A stretch of DNA of 64,000 nt from Octopus vulgaris. Taxonomy: Eukaryota. How positions within the stretch are numbered: the first letter of the stretch is position 1; each line of letters starts with the position of its first letter. The stretch is taken from contig OX597817.1 of assembly GCA_951406725.2 (NCBI GenBank), positions 78,616,001 through 78,680,000 on the forward strand. The letters run 5' to 3'. The position numbers and the translations under genes were made by a program. Shown piece by piece: positions 52,813 to 64,000 of this stretch. Under the pieces are notes generated by a model, which was given only the letters and a program-made list of their open reading frames with translations, searched no databases and was not told the DNA's origin.

Positions 52813-54582
52813 GGATATATAGTAGTTACGGACCAAACATGGTGGTCAGGAGAATGACAAATTCTGGTTGTAGAAGTCTTGGGTGTCATAAATCAACCGG
52901 GGCGTCTGGGGACCTAGTGTATTGTAAATCAGAGTTGTTGAGCAGCTTATCTAGTTCTTCGTAACGTATTAAGTGGTCATCTTGTACATACGTACCCGCA
53001 TGGATACATACACCCATATACACGCGCACATATACGCACGCATACGCAGCTACACGCATACAAGCATACATACGCACTCACGTGTAAACATATACAGATA
53101 TATATGGAAAAAGGCGCATGTAGTTGGGTACACGAACCGACGCGCACACGTACGTACATACATACACTCTCATGTGTTCATATAGGCACACTCGCACTTA
53201 CATGCATTTACAAGACGAAGTGAATCTCTATGCGTGTGGGCAGGAATATGTATACACCTGCACTCGCGTCCACTCCCACGCACATGGGGCAGTAGATCCC
53301 TATGCCTATACACAAAGGTATGCATATGCACAGACACAGGTATAACAAAAGGATCCGTTCTTGCACGCGGGCAAGATACGGAGTCATAGTGGGTACATTA
53401 GGAAGACATGAACGTAAGAAACGTGCGGGCAAAAGATTTTAACAGAATATGCATATATATACACGGACAATATACATATACGTATACACATACACACACA
53501 CACACATACGCATATATATATACGCACAACAGAATATGCATATATATACACGGACAATATACATGTACATATATATATACACACCCACACATACGCATAT
53601 ATATATACACACACATATGCATACATATATATGCACATATATACATATATACACATATACATACACACACCCATACCCGCACACGCACATATATATAGGT
53701 GTGCATACATACACGCATACATACATACACACGGACCAACGCGCACGTATCCACACGCACACACACACACATCTGTGTGTCTATACGTGCGTGTGCGCAT
53801 ACACTTACATACACATACACCCACACATATAGGTATAGATATAAGATATTAAAAGATGTATAACAAATGTATATAAGAAATCTACAAACGCATGTAAAGA
53901 AACGGACCCACGCACACGTGTGTACACGCACACGCACACACATCTGTGTGTCTATACGTGCGTGTACACATACACTTACATACACATACACAGACACACA
54001 CACATATAGGTATAGATATAAGATATTAAAAGATGTATAAAAATATGTGTAAAAATATGTATATAAGAAATCTACAAAAGCATGTAAAAAAATTATTAAA
54101 GAAGTATAACTGGGGGGTACACATCTAGACACAGATATTTACTCATACATACGCATACACATGTATACATACATACACAGACACACGTATAATCATAAAG
54201 CGGATACATAGATAAGTAAACGAGAGAGTGTATGTATGTACGTACGTGTGCGCGTCGGTTCGTGTACCCAACTACATGCGCCTTTTTCCATATATATCTG
54301 TATATGTTTACACGTGAGTGCGTATGTATGCTTGTATGCGTGTAGCTGCGTATGCGTGCGTATATGTGCGCGTGTATATGGGTGTATGTATCCATGCGGG
54401 TACGTATGTACAAGATGACCACTTAATACGTTACGAAGAACTAGATAAGCTGCTCAACAACTCTGATTTACAATACACTAGGTCCCCAGACGCCCCGGTT
54501 GATTTATGACACCCAAGACTTCTACAACCAGAATTTGTCATTCTCCTGACCACCATGTTTGGTCCGTAACTACTATATATCC
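52813..54582. repeat. 359-bp inverted repeat (52813-53171 / 54224-54582), 1052-bp spacer
   Basis: Arms appear identical by eye; mirrored ORF translations in the track are identical and coordinate sums are constant, so no indels. Confidence 0.95.
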
Positions 54583-54996
54583 GAGGGATCAGCCATCTGA
54601 ATGTGGCTAGGGTCAGGGCGGGGTGGTGGGGGTGTTACTGATGCATTTAGCCCCAGGCGAACATCGACGTCACCAGAAGAGCTGACACCATCTCGGTGTC
54701 CTTGCCAGCCTGCAAAGGGAGATCAGCCTCCCCGAAGATACGGATACTACACACGGACCGGTTTCGAGGTTATTGCCTCTTGTCAACGTATGGTAAGCAC
54801 CGCTCTTCGTTGAGGGACTTCCTCTACAGGCTGGATATATAGATTTTCACAGTAACCACAGTCACTGGCGTAGAAAATCTGTTCGAAAACAATAATAAAT
54901 CTCTGGGCGAGATATAAACAGTAACTGCTCTATAACATAAGAGGGATCAGCCATCTGAATGTGGCTAGGGTCAGGGCGGGGTGGTGGGGGTGTTAC
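54583..54996 (-). mobile_element. Retrozyme-like unit: 358-bp monomer with 56-bp direct terminal redundancy
   Basis: GAGGGATCAGCC...GGGGTGTTAC identical at 54583-54638 and 54941-54996; no recognisable protein; one HHR. Confidence 0.7.
54743..54801 (-). ncRNA. Type I hammerhead ribozyme, U3-A8 covariant core
   Basis: Minus strand GGUGCU-UAC-CAUACG-UUGACAA-GAGG-CAAUAA-CCUC-GAAAC-CG-GUC|CGUGUG-U-AGUAUC; all three stems form; predicted cleavage between 54756 and 54755. Confidence 0.8.
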
Positions 54997-55319
54997 AATA
55001 GTGATGATGATAACAACATTAGCAACTATGGTAAAATATTATGTATTAACAGTTAGTTTTTGAGTGCCCTTACCTCAAAGACATAAAATACATCTTTGGA
55101 AAACCAAGTACGAAAAAGTTTAGCAAAAAGTCAAGAATTTGACAAGTGTATCTTCCATTGAACTGATTTCCACTAACAGATTGGTATATATTTTATCAGC
55201 CCTGGATGAGAGAAGCATTTAAATCACTGTCAGTGCAATTTGAACCCAGAATGTAAACGGACATAACTTAATACCAGAAAGAATGCTTTTTACTCTGGTG
55301 CTCAACAAATTCTTCCACT

Positions 55320-55680
55320 GTTCACATCATTGTCATCATCATAGTCGTCACCACCACCACTGCTACCACCACCATCAACATCATCATCCTCTTCATCACC
55401 ACCATAACCACCACCCCCATCATCATCATCACCATAGCCACCATCATCATTACCACCACCACCACCACCATCTTCACCACCATTATCATCACCACCACCA
55501 TCACCATCATCATCATCACCACCATCACCATCATCATCATCACCACCATCACCACCACCATCACCACCACTAACACTATCACCACCATTATCATCGCCAT
55601 CGCCACCACCATCACCACCATCACCACCACTGCCATCATTGCCATCACCATAACCACCACCATCCTCATCACCGTCATTG
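55320..55680. repeat. (CAC/CAT)n microsatellite
   Basis: Directly visible; source of the poly-H ORF. Confidence 0.95.
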
Positions 55681-55904
55681 TCCTCAGAACAAGCATATCC
55701 TGATAAAGGAATCTTATCCACTGTGAAGAAAAACAAAAAACGAAGGAATAAGCCTCTTGCCTTGATCTTTTCTTTATTCCACCAAAACCAAAAGAAGTTG
55801 TGTCATAAGATTTTAGAATTTCTCAAGGAAAAGCTGCCAAAAAAATATAATTGCATGCATGTACATGCATGTGTGTGTGTGTGCAGTAACATCAATCTGT
55901 CTCC

Positions 55905-55985
<81 letters not shown>

Positions 55986-56002
55986 TATATTTGTATATCT
56001 GC

Positions 56003-56035
<33 letters not shown>

Positions 56036-56589
56036 TAAATGTATGTATGTATACATATGTATTATATATATATATTATACACACACATACGCACATGCAC
56101 ACACACACACATATATATATGTATATGTATGTATACATACGTATTATGCATATAAAATACATATGTACATATATGCATGTGTGTGTGTGTATGCGTGTGT
56201 ATGCATATATATGTGTGCACATATGTGCAAAAAATGAAAAATGTTGTTCTGTTGCTTTTAAAGGGACAATTCCTTTTCAGTCAGTTACACTGAACAGATC
56301 TTTGATTTTGAAGGGGGTTAAGAAAAATGGAAAGGCAAAAGAAAAAGAAAGGAATTTCGTGTTTTTTTGTCTTTTTTAACTTATTTCTTACATAAGGACC
56401 CTGAGCCAAGTGTAGCTAATAACAGGAAGTTGATGGAAAGGGATTTATAATACACAGAGAACAAAAGCTCAGGGAACAAGATGTTCCTGTCTATTGTTAT
56501 ATTTTGACCAGCAAACGGACACAAAAATTGTGAATTTGATAGAAAAGAAGAGTTTCGAGCATAATGTAGCACCGGAATAAGCTCAAAGA

Positions 56590-57296
56590 AGCTGACTTAG
56601 CTGTGTGGTTAAGAAGTTTGCTTCCCAAACATATCATTCTGGGTTCAATTACAGTGTGTGGTACCTTTGGCATGGCTGTGTGGTAAGAAGCTTGCTTCCC
56701 AACCACATGGTTCTGGATTCAGTCCCACTGCATGGCACTTTGGGCAAGTATCTTCTACCATAGCCTCGAGCCAATCAAAGCCTTTTCTGTGGATTTGGTA
56801 GATGGAAACTGAAAGAAGCCCATAGTGTGTGTGTGTCTTGGTGCCTGTGTTTGTACCCCACCACTGCTTGACAACTAGTGTTGGTGCATTTACATCTGTG
56901 TAACTTAGCAGTTCAGCAAAATAGGCCAATAGAATAAGTACCAGGCATTACAAAAAATAAGTACTGGGTTTGATTCTTTTGACTAAAAATTCTTCAAGAT
57001 GGTGCCCCAGCATGGCCGCAGTCTAAAGTTTGAATCAAGTAATATTCAGTTGTTTTTTTATATTTTTTTATTTGTTTCAGTCAGTTGACTGTGGCCATGC
57101 TGGAGCACTGCCTTGAAGAGTTTTAGTTGAGCAAATTGACCCCAGGACTTATTTTTTAAGCCTAGTACTTATTCTATTGATCTCTTTTGCCAAATTGCTA
57201 AGTTACAGTGGCATAAACACACCAACACCGGTTGTCAAGCAGTGATGGGGGACAAACACAGACACAAAGACAAACATGCATACACACATACACACA

Positions 57297-57344
<48 letters not shown>

Positions 57345-57497
57345 CGTGTGTATATATGTATGTATGACAGGCTTCTCTCAGTTTCCATCCATGAAATCCA
57401 CTCACAAGGCTTTGGTTAGCCCAAGACACTTACCCAAGGTGTTACTGAAAGGGACTGAACCCAGAAGCATGTGGTTGGAAAGCAAACTTCCTACCAA
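56590..57497. mobile_element. Tail-to-tail inverted pair of SINE family A copies plus an extra head
   Basis: Plus copy ~56670-57040, minus copy ~57065-57497. Confidence 0.85.
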
Positions 57498-57977
57498 ACT
57501 AAAAAAGATATACAGGATAAATGTGTTTCTTTGTTGTAATTTAATTAACAATGTTAGTGTTTAATCCTTCCTAGAATTAAGATTGAATGAATGTGGTAAT
57601 ATCTAAGGTATGCTTGTTCCCAAACAACACTTATTTTAGTGCTATTGACACCGCCGGATTGAATGGTACTACCCAGGTGTCAAAACCATAGTGATATCTG
57701 TGAGGCTGCTGCTGATGGATTGTTGGTATGTGAGAGTATGTGTGATAGGTATATGTGTGTGTCTGTATGCTTGTTTGTATATTCTCTGAATATTGGGAGC
57801 AGTAAGCAGTGATGTTGTTGCTATTTCTCTTGTCAACAAATCTTCCAAGGGCTTTATGCCCTCAAAACATATGTAAAATATGTGTTCCCATAGCTGAAAA
57901 AACTGGTACAAGTTAGCAACAGGAAGAGCATCCAGCTATAGAAGAATACGATTCCTTACTGACATATTCATCTAGCT

Positions 57978-58655
57978 AAGTGGTTCTCAAGTGGGGTCTA
58001 TATGGCCCCTGAGGATCCATATATGAATTTTCGGGGTTCATGCAATAAAATAATAAATTGGGAAACCATAATAGTATTCTAAGGGCCACTGAAAAAATTT
58101 TGGATTTGATATATCTATTGGTATGTGTTGCAAGAAATAATAAAGTTTCTTTCACAAACATTTTATATCACGCAACTTACACAAATTAATGTGTGAAAGG
58201 CAAAATAGAAGCTATGTTGTATCGATAAGCTACAACAAGAGTGAAATAACATTATGTACAGCTACTAGGACATCAAAAATGGAAAAAGCAAGAGAAAAAC
58301 AATGTATTGTATGGAAATATTCTTTCATATGTTCTCTTACTCATAAGAAAAAGTTATCGTATAATAATAAAGCAAAAAACGAACCAAGAAAACATTATAA
58401 GTCCTGAATAGTTCTCTCCCTTTAAGGGAAATTTCTCCCTTCCTTCTATTTCTTAACAAACCCCCTTTCTCTCTGTCTATTACCCTGAAAGCAACCATAG
58501 GTGGCAGCACCAATAGTCACCAGTCAAATTTCATGTGAAATTTTGAAAGAAATTTCAATAAAAATACCTTTTAAACATCGAATGGTTATGTGGGTCCACC
58601 AGAATAAAATAGTAATCAAAGGGATCCATCGATAGAAAACGGTTGAGAACCCCTG
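57978..58655. mobile_element. hAT (Charlie-type) non-autonomous element
   Basis: TIR AAGTGGTTCTCAA / TTGAGAACCCCTG; 8-bp flanks ATCTAGCT / ATCTAACC. Confidence 0.75.
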
Positions 58656-60111
58656 ATCTAACCTATACCAGAATGGAACAACAGACAGAAAGCTGAACAA
58701 AGATTCTCTATTCTGTATACTATTTCCAGTGGAGTATTAAAGACTCTGCAACTTCTCACTGGCTTCTCAGCCTTTTTGATTGCATTACAGATTTCATCTG
58801 TATGTAATTATTCAAGGCCAGATATAATAAAATGGTTTAGTGTTATTTACTCCAGTTCCTCCTGGGAATTTAAACATATCATTTTATGTTAACAAAACAC
58901 TCATCAATCATAAAGTGCTCTCTGCTACTTTTGAAATCAATATAAGAGGACAGCCAGGTCAATGAAGGAATATCTATGTGGACAACTAATTTGCTAGAAA
59001 TAGCAACCAAATATTCCCTGTATTACAGTGTCCTCTTAAATTTAGGAAGAACACAGTACAAGATACCTCAAAAAGGATGATATGTTTCAGACTTGTGGAT
59101 TGGAGCTTAAAAAATGCCAATAATATCACCATGCATTACTGAGATTTCATTTGTCTGGAAAAGCAGAACAATGTTGTTGAAGATAGAATAAAAACATTTG
59201 ATTATTTAGATATTCACATGATCATGTGTCTGACAAGGCTATCAGATCTTGTTACACATCGCTGGTCACAATACATTATGCATTGTTTTAGCCTTCAAAT
59301 GATGCCACCCCCGCTGGCTAGGTGAGTAGGCCAACAATCCCGCCTCCCCCGATCGAAAGGGTACTGAACCAATGTGAAATGTCATGCTTTGCTTAAGCAC
59401 ACAACACGCCACCCAATCAAACCCATGATCTAGCTATCATGAGGGCAACAGCCTAACCACCAGGCCATGTGCCTTTGCTACTTAGATATTTAACAAGCAT
59501 AAAACCAATCAGACGGTAAAATAGACCCCAATACTTTACTGGAATGTCTTGCACAAAAACCTAGAAATATTCAGTTTGACAGGGAAATAGCAAAAGAAAC
59601 TGATGTAGAGTCTCCAAATCTAATCTATTAGTGGCACAGTAAAGATTTATAAGACATTCCAAAAATTCTCCACCTCAGATTTTTATATTAATAGATGCAT
59701 ACACTTGGGTGTATGTATTGACAGTTTAACCAACACACCAACTGAACCATATATTTACAAACACTGAGAATTCTTTTAATTCAAAATAACTTGTCACTTT
59801 GTTAAAGACCAGCTTGAACTCTCTCAGGAAGAACTTAATTGAAACTCAAAGGAAAAACATTGATACGTATATACATACATGCAACAATATGCATGAGAAT
59901 GCATACATAAAGCAAAAACATATACAAATCTGCACATGTACTGACTCCAAATACTGCACATATAAGCACATACATACATTAAAAAATACCCAGTTGATGT
60001 TGTTGAAATTCCAATGAAGAACTTTTGGACCTAGGTTAGAAGCCAGCTCTTTTGTTATTTGCAAGAAATCTTGAAATAAAACTAAATAATGACATGCACA
60101 TACATACCTAT

Positions 60112-60270
60112 CAGGTGGGCTTCTTTCAGTTTCTACCAATCAGATCCATTGACAAGGCTTTAGTTGGCTTGGGGTTATAATAGAAGATACTTGCCAAAGG
60201 CACCACACAGTAGAATTGAACCCAGAACCACTAGATTAAGAAGCAAATTGTTTTACCACACATCTAAGCT
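60112..60270 (-). mobile_element. SINE family A head (degenerate)
   Basis: GGGCTTCTTTCAGTTTCTACC...TTACCACAC. Confidence 0.7.
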
Positions 60271-60464
60271 TACACCTTTGAACTATACTTGTGCCTCATT
60301 ATGCTTGCAGCATAATTGTTTTCTGACAAGTACCAGTAAGTAAATGCACATATCATCAGCCACTAAGGGACATGCTCTACTGGTTAAGGACAAACAACTG
60401 ACAAGCAAGTCTGTGGTATTGAACAGAATATTTGCTGTTGTCCATCTTCTATACCAAGATAAAT

Positions 60465-60514
<50 letters not shown>

Positions 60515-60517
60515 TAA

Positions 60518-60577
<60 letters not shown>

Positions 60578-60822
60578 CATTATTATTCATTTTGTTCATC
60601 ATATTCAAGTATGTGTGTAGTTTTATTCAATTTTAGAAAAATTGAACTGAGTCTTTGACAATTCTGGAGTGTATTGAACTTATTTTCTGCATGACTTTTG
60701 GCCCACTCTGTACTTCACAACTTCATTTGTTTTCCTTTACTTGACTAATATGGCTGCTTTCTGTCCCCTATTTTAACATTTTTTGATGAGTTGTAGGGCA
60801 CTAGAGCACTATACACAACAAG

Positions 60823-60872
<50 letters not shown>

Positions 60873-60875
60873 CAT

Positions 60876-60956
<81 letters not shown>

Positions 60957-61959
60957 CACTACTACTAATACTATTATTATTATTATATTGTTTTTGTTTT
61001 TGCTTGTATGCTGCCCTTGTGACACAATATGTGCAATGGTTTGTAATAAATTAAAAGACAAGTGACACTACGAAATATCAATGGATGTAGCAATCTCCAC
61101 AATGTAAACAAACATCAATTCTCCAGATAAAATTTCAAAGTTTACATCCTTTCCAGTACTTTCACACATTGTGCAGTACTTCCAAGCTGTCACCATACAG
61201 TACCTTTAGACACCATCGTTTTTAAGTCCGTTCTTCAAGTTCATGTAAACACACATCTATAAATACTATTGGATATCAATACTCAAGGTATAAACAAACG
61301 TCTATAAATTCCAGCAGTTACCAATTCTCAAGGTGTAAAGAGATATTTGTAAATAGCCCTTATAGAGATATGAACAGATATCAAACTTCTTGGATACAGC
61401 TCAGGTATTTTGTTACTAGTGGTTATCAAATTTGGCAACCACTTTTGTGTTTTTTTTAAGTGTTGTTTATCTAAAGGTTTATATACAAATTATTTGTGGG
61501 GTTTGTGAGTTATAGAAATTTGGTTATTGTAAAAATTGCTCATGTACAATATAAAGGGTAAGAAGGGAAAAAGACCCCCTTCAGTCATGAATGGACCACG
61601 AGATTGCACCTAGAAAGTTCCCTTCCAAGGCACAAGTCTGGGTAAGGTTTTTTTATGGAAACTAGCTGTCACCCATGCAAACCAGCCTCCTCTCTACATG
61701 CCCCTGGTGTTATCACAGAGAAAGGAAAAGGATGATACAGCTTGGCACCAATGATGTCACAACTCATTTCTACAGCTGAGTTAACTGGAACAATGTGACA
61801 TAAAGTGTCTTGCTCAAGAACACAACACACAGCCTGGTCTGGGAATTGAACTCACTACCTCAGGATTGTGAGTGTAACACTCTAACCAAAGAACCGTCCA
61901 TCTTCACATGGAATATTAATAGTGGAAGTAGACCATTCTGTACAATATGTATTAAAATA

Positions 61960-62605
61960 TATTCTTTTCTTATTTCTTTATTGCCCACAAGGTGCTAAAC
62001 ATAGAGGGGACAAACAAGGACAGATAAAGAGATTAAGTCGATTACATCGACCCCAATGCATAACTGGTACTTAATTTATCGACCCCGAAAGGATGAAAGG
62101 CAAAGTCGATCTCGGCAGAATTTGAACTCAGAATGAAACAGCAGACGAAATACTGCTCAGCATTTCGCCCGGCATGCTAACGTTTCTGCCAGCTCGCTGC
62201 CTTCAATATCATTATTAAAATATATTATTAAAATATATTCTTTTCTGCTCTAGGCACAAGGCCTGAAATTTTGGGGGAAGTGGCCAGTCAATTAGATCAA
62301 CCCCAGTATGCAACTGGTACTTAATTTATCGACCCTGAAAGGATGAAAGGCAAAGTCGACCTCGGCAAAATATATATTAAAATATATTATAACAAATATT
62401 TATGGCTATCAAATATTGGCTTGAAATTTTGGTACAAGGGCAGTAATTTTGAGGGAAGAGATAAGTTGATTATATCGACCACAGTACTCAACAGGTACTT
62501 ATTTTATCATGCCTGAAAGGATGAAAGGCAAAGTTGACATTGGTGGGAGTTGAACTCAGAAATGGGCGAAATGCTGCTAAGCATTTTTCCTGGTGTGCTA
62601 ATAAT
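61960..62605 (-). mobile_element. Three SINE family D copies
   Basis: Best copy 61960-62203: AAGGCAGCGAGCTGGCAGAAACGTTAGCATGCCGGGCG...GAGTTCAAATTC...GCCTTTCATCCTTTCGGGGTCGATAAATTAAGTACCAG on the minus strand. Confidence 0.85.
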
Positions 62606-63707
62606 TGCACTCTCTCAACACATTATGGATATCAAAGCTTTCATTTGCTTGTTTCAGTTATTGGATTACGGCCTTGCTGGGGCACTATCTTCATTTGAAT
62701 TTAATCACCTCCAACACTGTTTTTGTTTCTTTTTAAGCCTGGTACTTGCTATATTGATTGGAGCCTGGTGCTGCTGCTGACTCTCCAAACCTCAGTCAAG
62801 CCGTCCACCCCATGCCAGCATGGAAAACAGTCCTTAATCGATTAGTATTTGTTAACAGAATTTTCAATTTTTTCTTTTTTATGTGTTAGTCAAAATGGTC
62901 GGAGCAGTACCAGTAAACTTTGTAAACTCCAAACCCCATTGGTAATCTTAACATTGCCCCTTGAAATTAAAATCTGCACTAAAAGTAAGTTTGAGAAGTG
63001 AACTGGAGTCTAATCCAAATGCAGTTGAACTTTGGTTTACAAATTTAATTCATTCCTGAAGGTCGTTTGTTGCCCAAAATGTTTGCAAACCAAGACTGTT
63101 ATCCTCCATAGGAAATTCAAAATAAGGCATGGCAAATTGAAGCAGGAATATCCACTGGGTGAAAGCTAGACAGTAACTGACTCTCTCCTGCTAATACACC
63201 CATCTTGATGCCAACCATTGTTCCCAGCTTGCATATACATTATTCAAGATACTGTTTGTCACCTGAGACATTTTATGTTAAAAGTATTGTTTGTAAACCA
63301 TTTTGTTTAGGATGGGAGATGTTCATAAATCGAGAGTCCACTGTATTTCAAAGATAATCTAAGACTAGTGGGTGTTGTTAAACTCAGTGGTATATGTCTC
63401 TGAAGGAAATTGAAAGATAATGATTAGAAGACATATTCTATTCTAAAAAAATAATTGTTTTTAAATCTTCAGACAATCTACGAACAAATTATCAGTCATT
63501 AAACAGAAAAAAATTATTATTTGCAATAAATTACCATATATATCTATTACAAAATTAGTAATATCTTCCTCCCATCATGGTTACCCTTCCAGTAACAAAG
63601 AGAACTGATTTTGCCTTTAGGCTTTCCAGTTTTAGGTCTCTAAACCAAATTCAATCCTTTGAACTCAGCCTCACACAATCTGCTAATAATTGCACTACAT
63701 CAACATA

Positions 63708-64000
63708 GGGAGGCGCAATGGACCAGTGGTTAGGGCAGTGTACTCGCAGTCAGAGGATCGCAGTTTCGATTCCCAGACCGGGCGTTGTGTGTGTTTATTG
63801 AGCGAAAGCACCTAAAGCTCCACGAGGCTCTGGCAAGGGTTGGTGGCGACCCCTGTTGTACTCTTTTGCCCCAACTTTCTCTCACTCTTTCTTCCTATTT
63901 CTTGAGTAATGCTGCGATGGACTGGTGTCCCGTTCAGCTGATGGGGACATATACACCATAGAAACTGGGAAACCGGGCCCATGAGCCTGGCTAGGCTTGA
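63708..64000 (+). mobile_element. SINE family B long variant (runs off window)
   Basis: GGAGGCGCAATGGACCAGTGGTTAGGGC...GTTTCGATTCC; matches 24130-24447. Confidence 0.85.

Larger units (their letters stand above)
52173..54996 (-). mobile_element. Young composite HHR-bearing insertion (Penelope-like/retrozyme-like)
   Basis: CpG-rich block starting at a (TA)n tract, with two minus-strand HHR motifs, a 359-bp inverted duplication and a 56-bp direct terminal redundancy; may be more than one insertion. Confidence 0.6.

Noticed and set aside
52886-53077. 63-aa ORF (…DDHLIRYEELDKLLNNSDLQ…) present twice
   Set aside because: Duplicated only because of the inverted repeat; microsatellite-derived start and no recognisable domain
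61050-61450. Possible piggyBac transposase remnant; also a Tc1-like remnant at ~62950-63300
   Set aside because: Only scattered residues match and no termini were found

Overview
AT-rich, repeat-saturated, non-coding animal DNA with no credible host exon; the long ORFs in the track are almost all translated microsatellite. The tRNA-derived SINE families and (TA)n/(CATA)n/(GAT)n/(TAA)n density look like a coleoid cephalopod, most likely Octopus (inference). Contents: several SINE families, RTE-type 3' tails, CR1-group and R4/Dong LINE remnants, Penelope-like (PLE) remnants, a full-length dead hAT transposon (32378-36152), mariner remnants and many palindromic MITEs. The main find is a set of about nine type I hammerhead-ribozyme (HHR) motifs. 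The best is an apparently intact minus-strand HHR (54743-54801) with a compensatory U3-A8 core. It caps a long RNA rod inside a 358-bp non-coding unit with a perfect 56-bp terminal redundancy (54583-54996), the layout expected of a retrozyme-like circular RNA copied into DNA. This unit directly abuts a 359-bp inverted duplication with apparently identical arms (52813-54582), and a second HHR lies further left at 52291-52368. Coordinates of degenerate repeats are approximate (read by eye).
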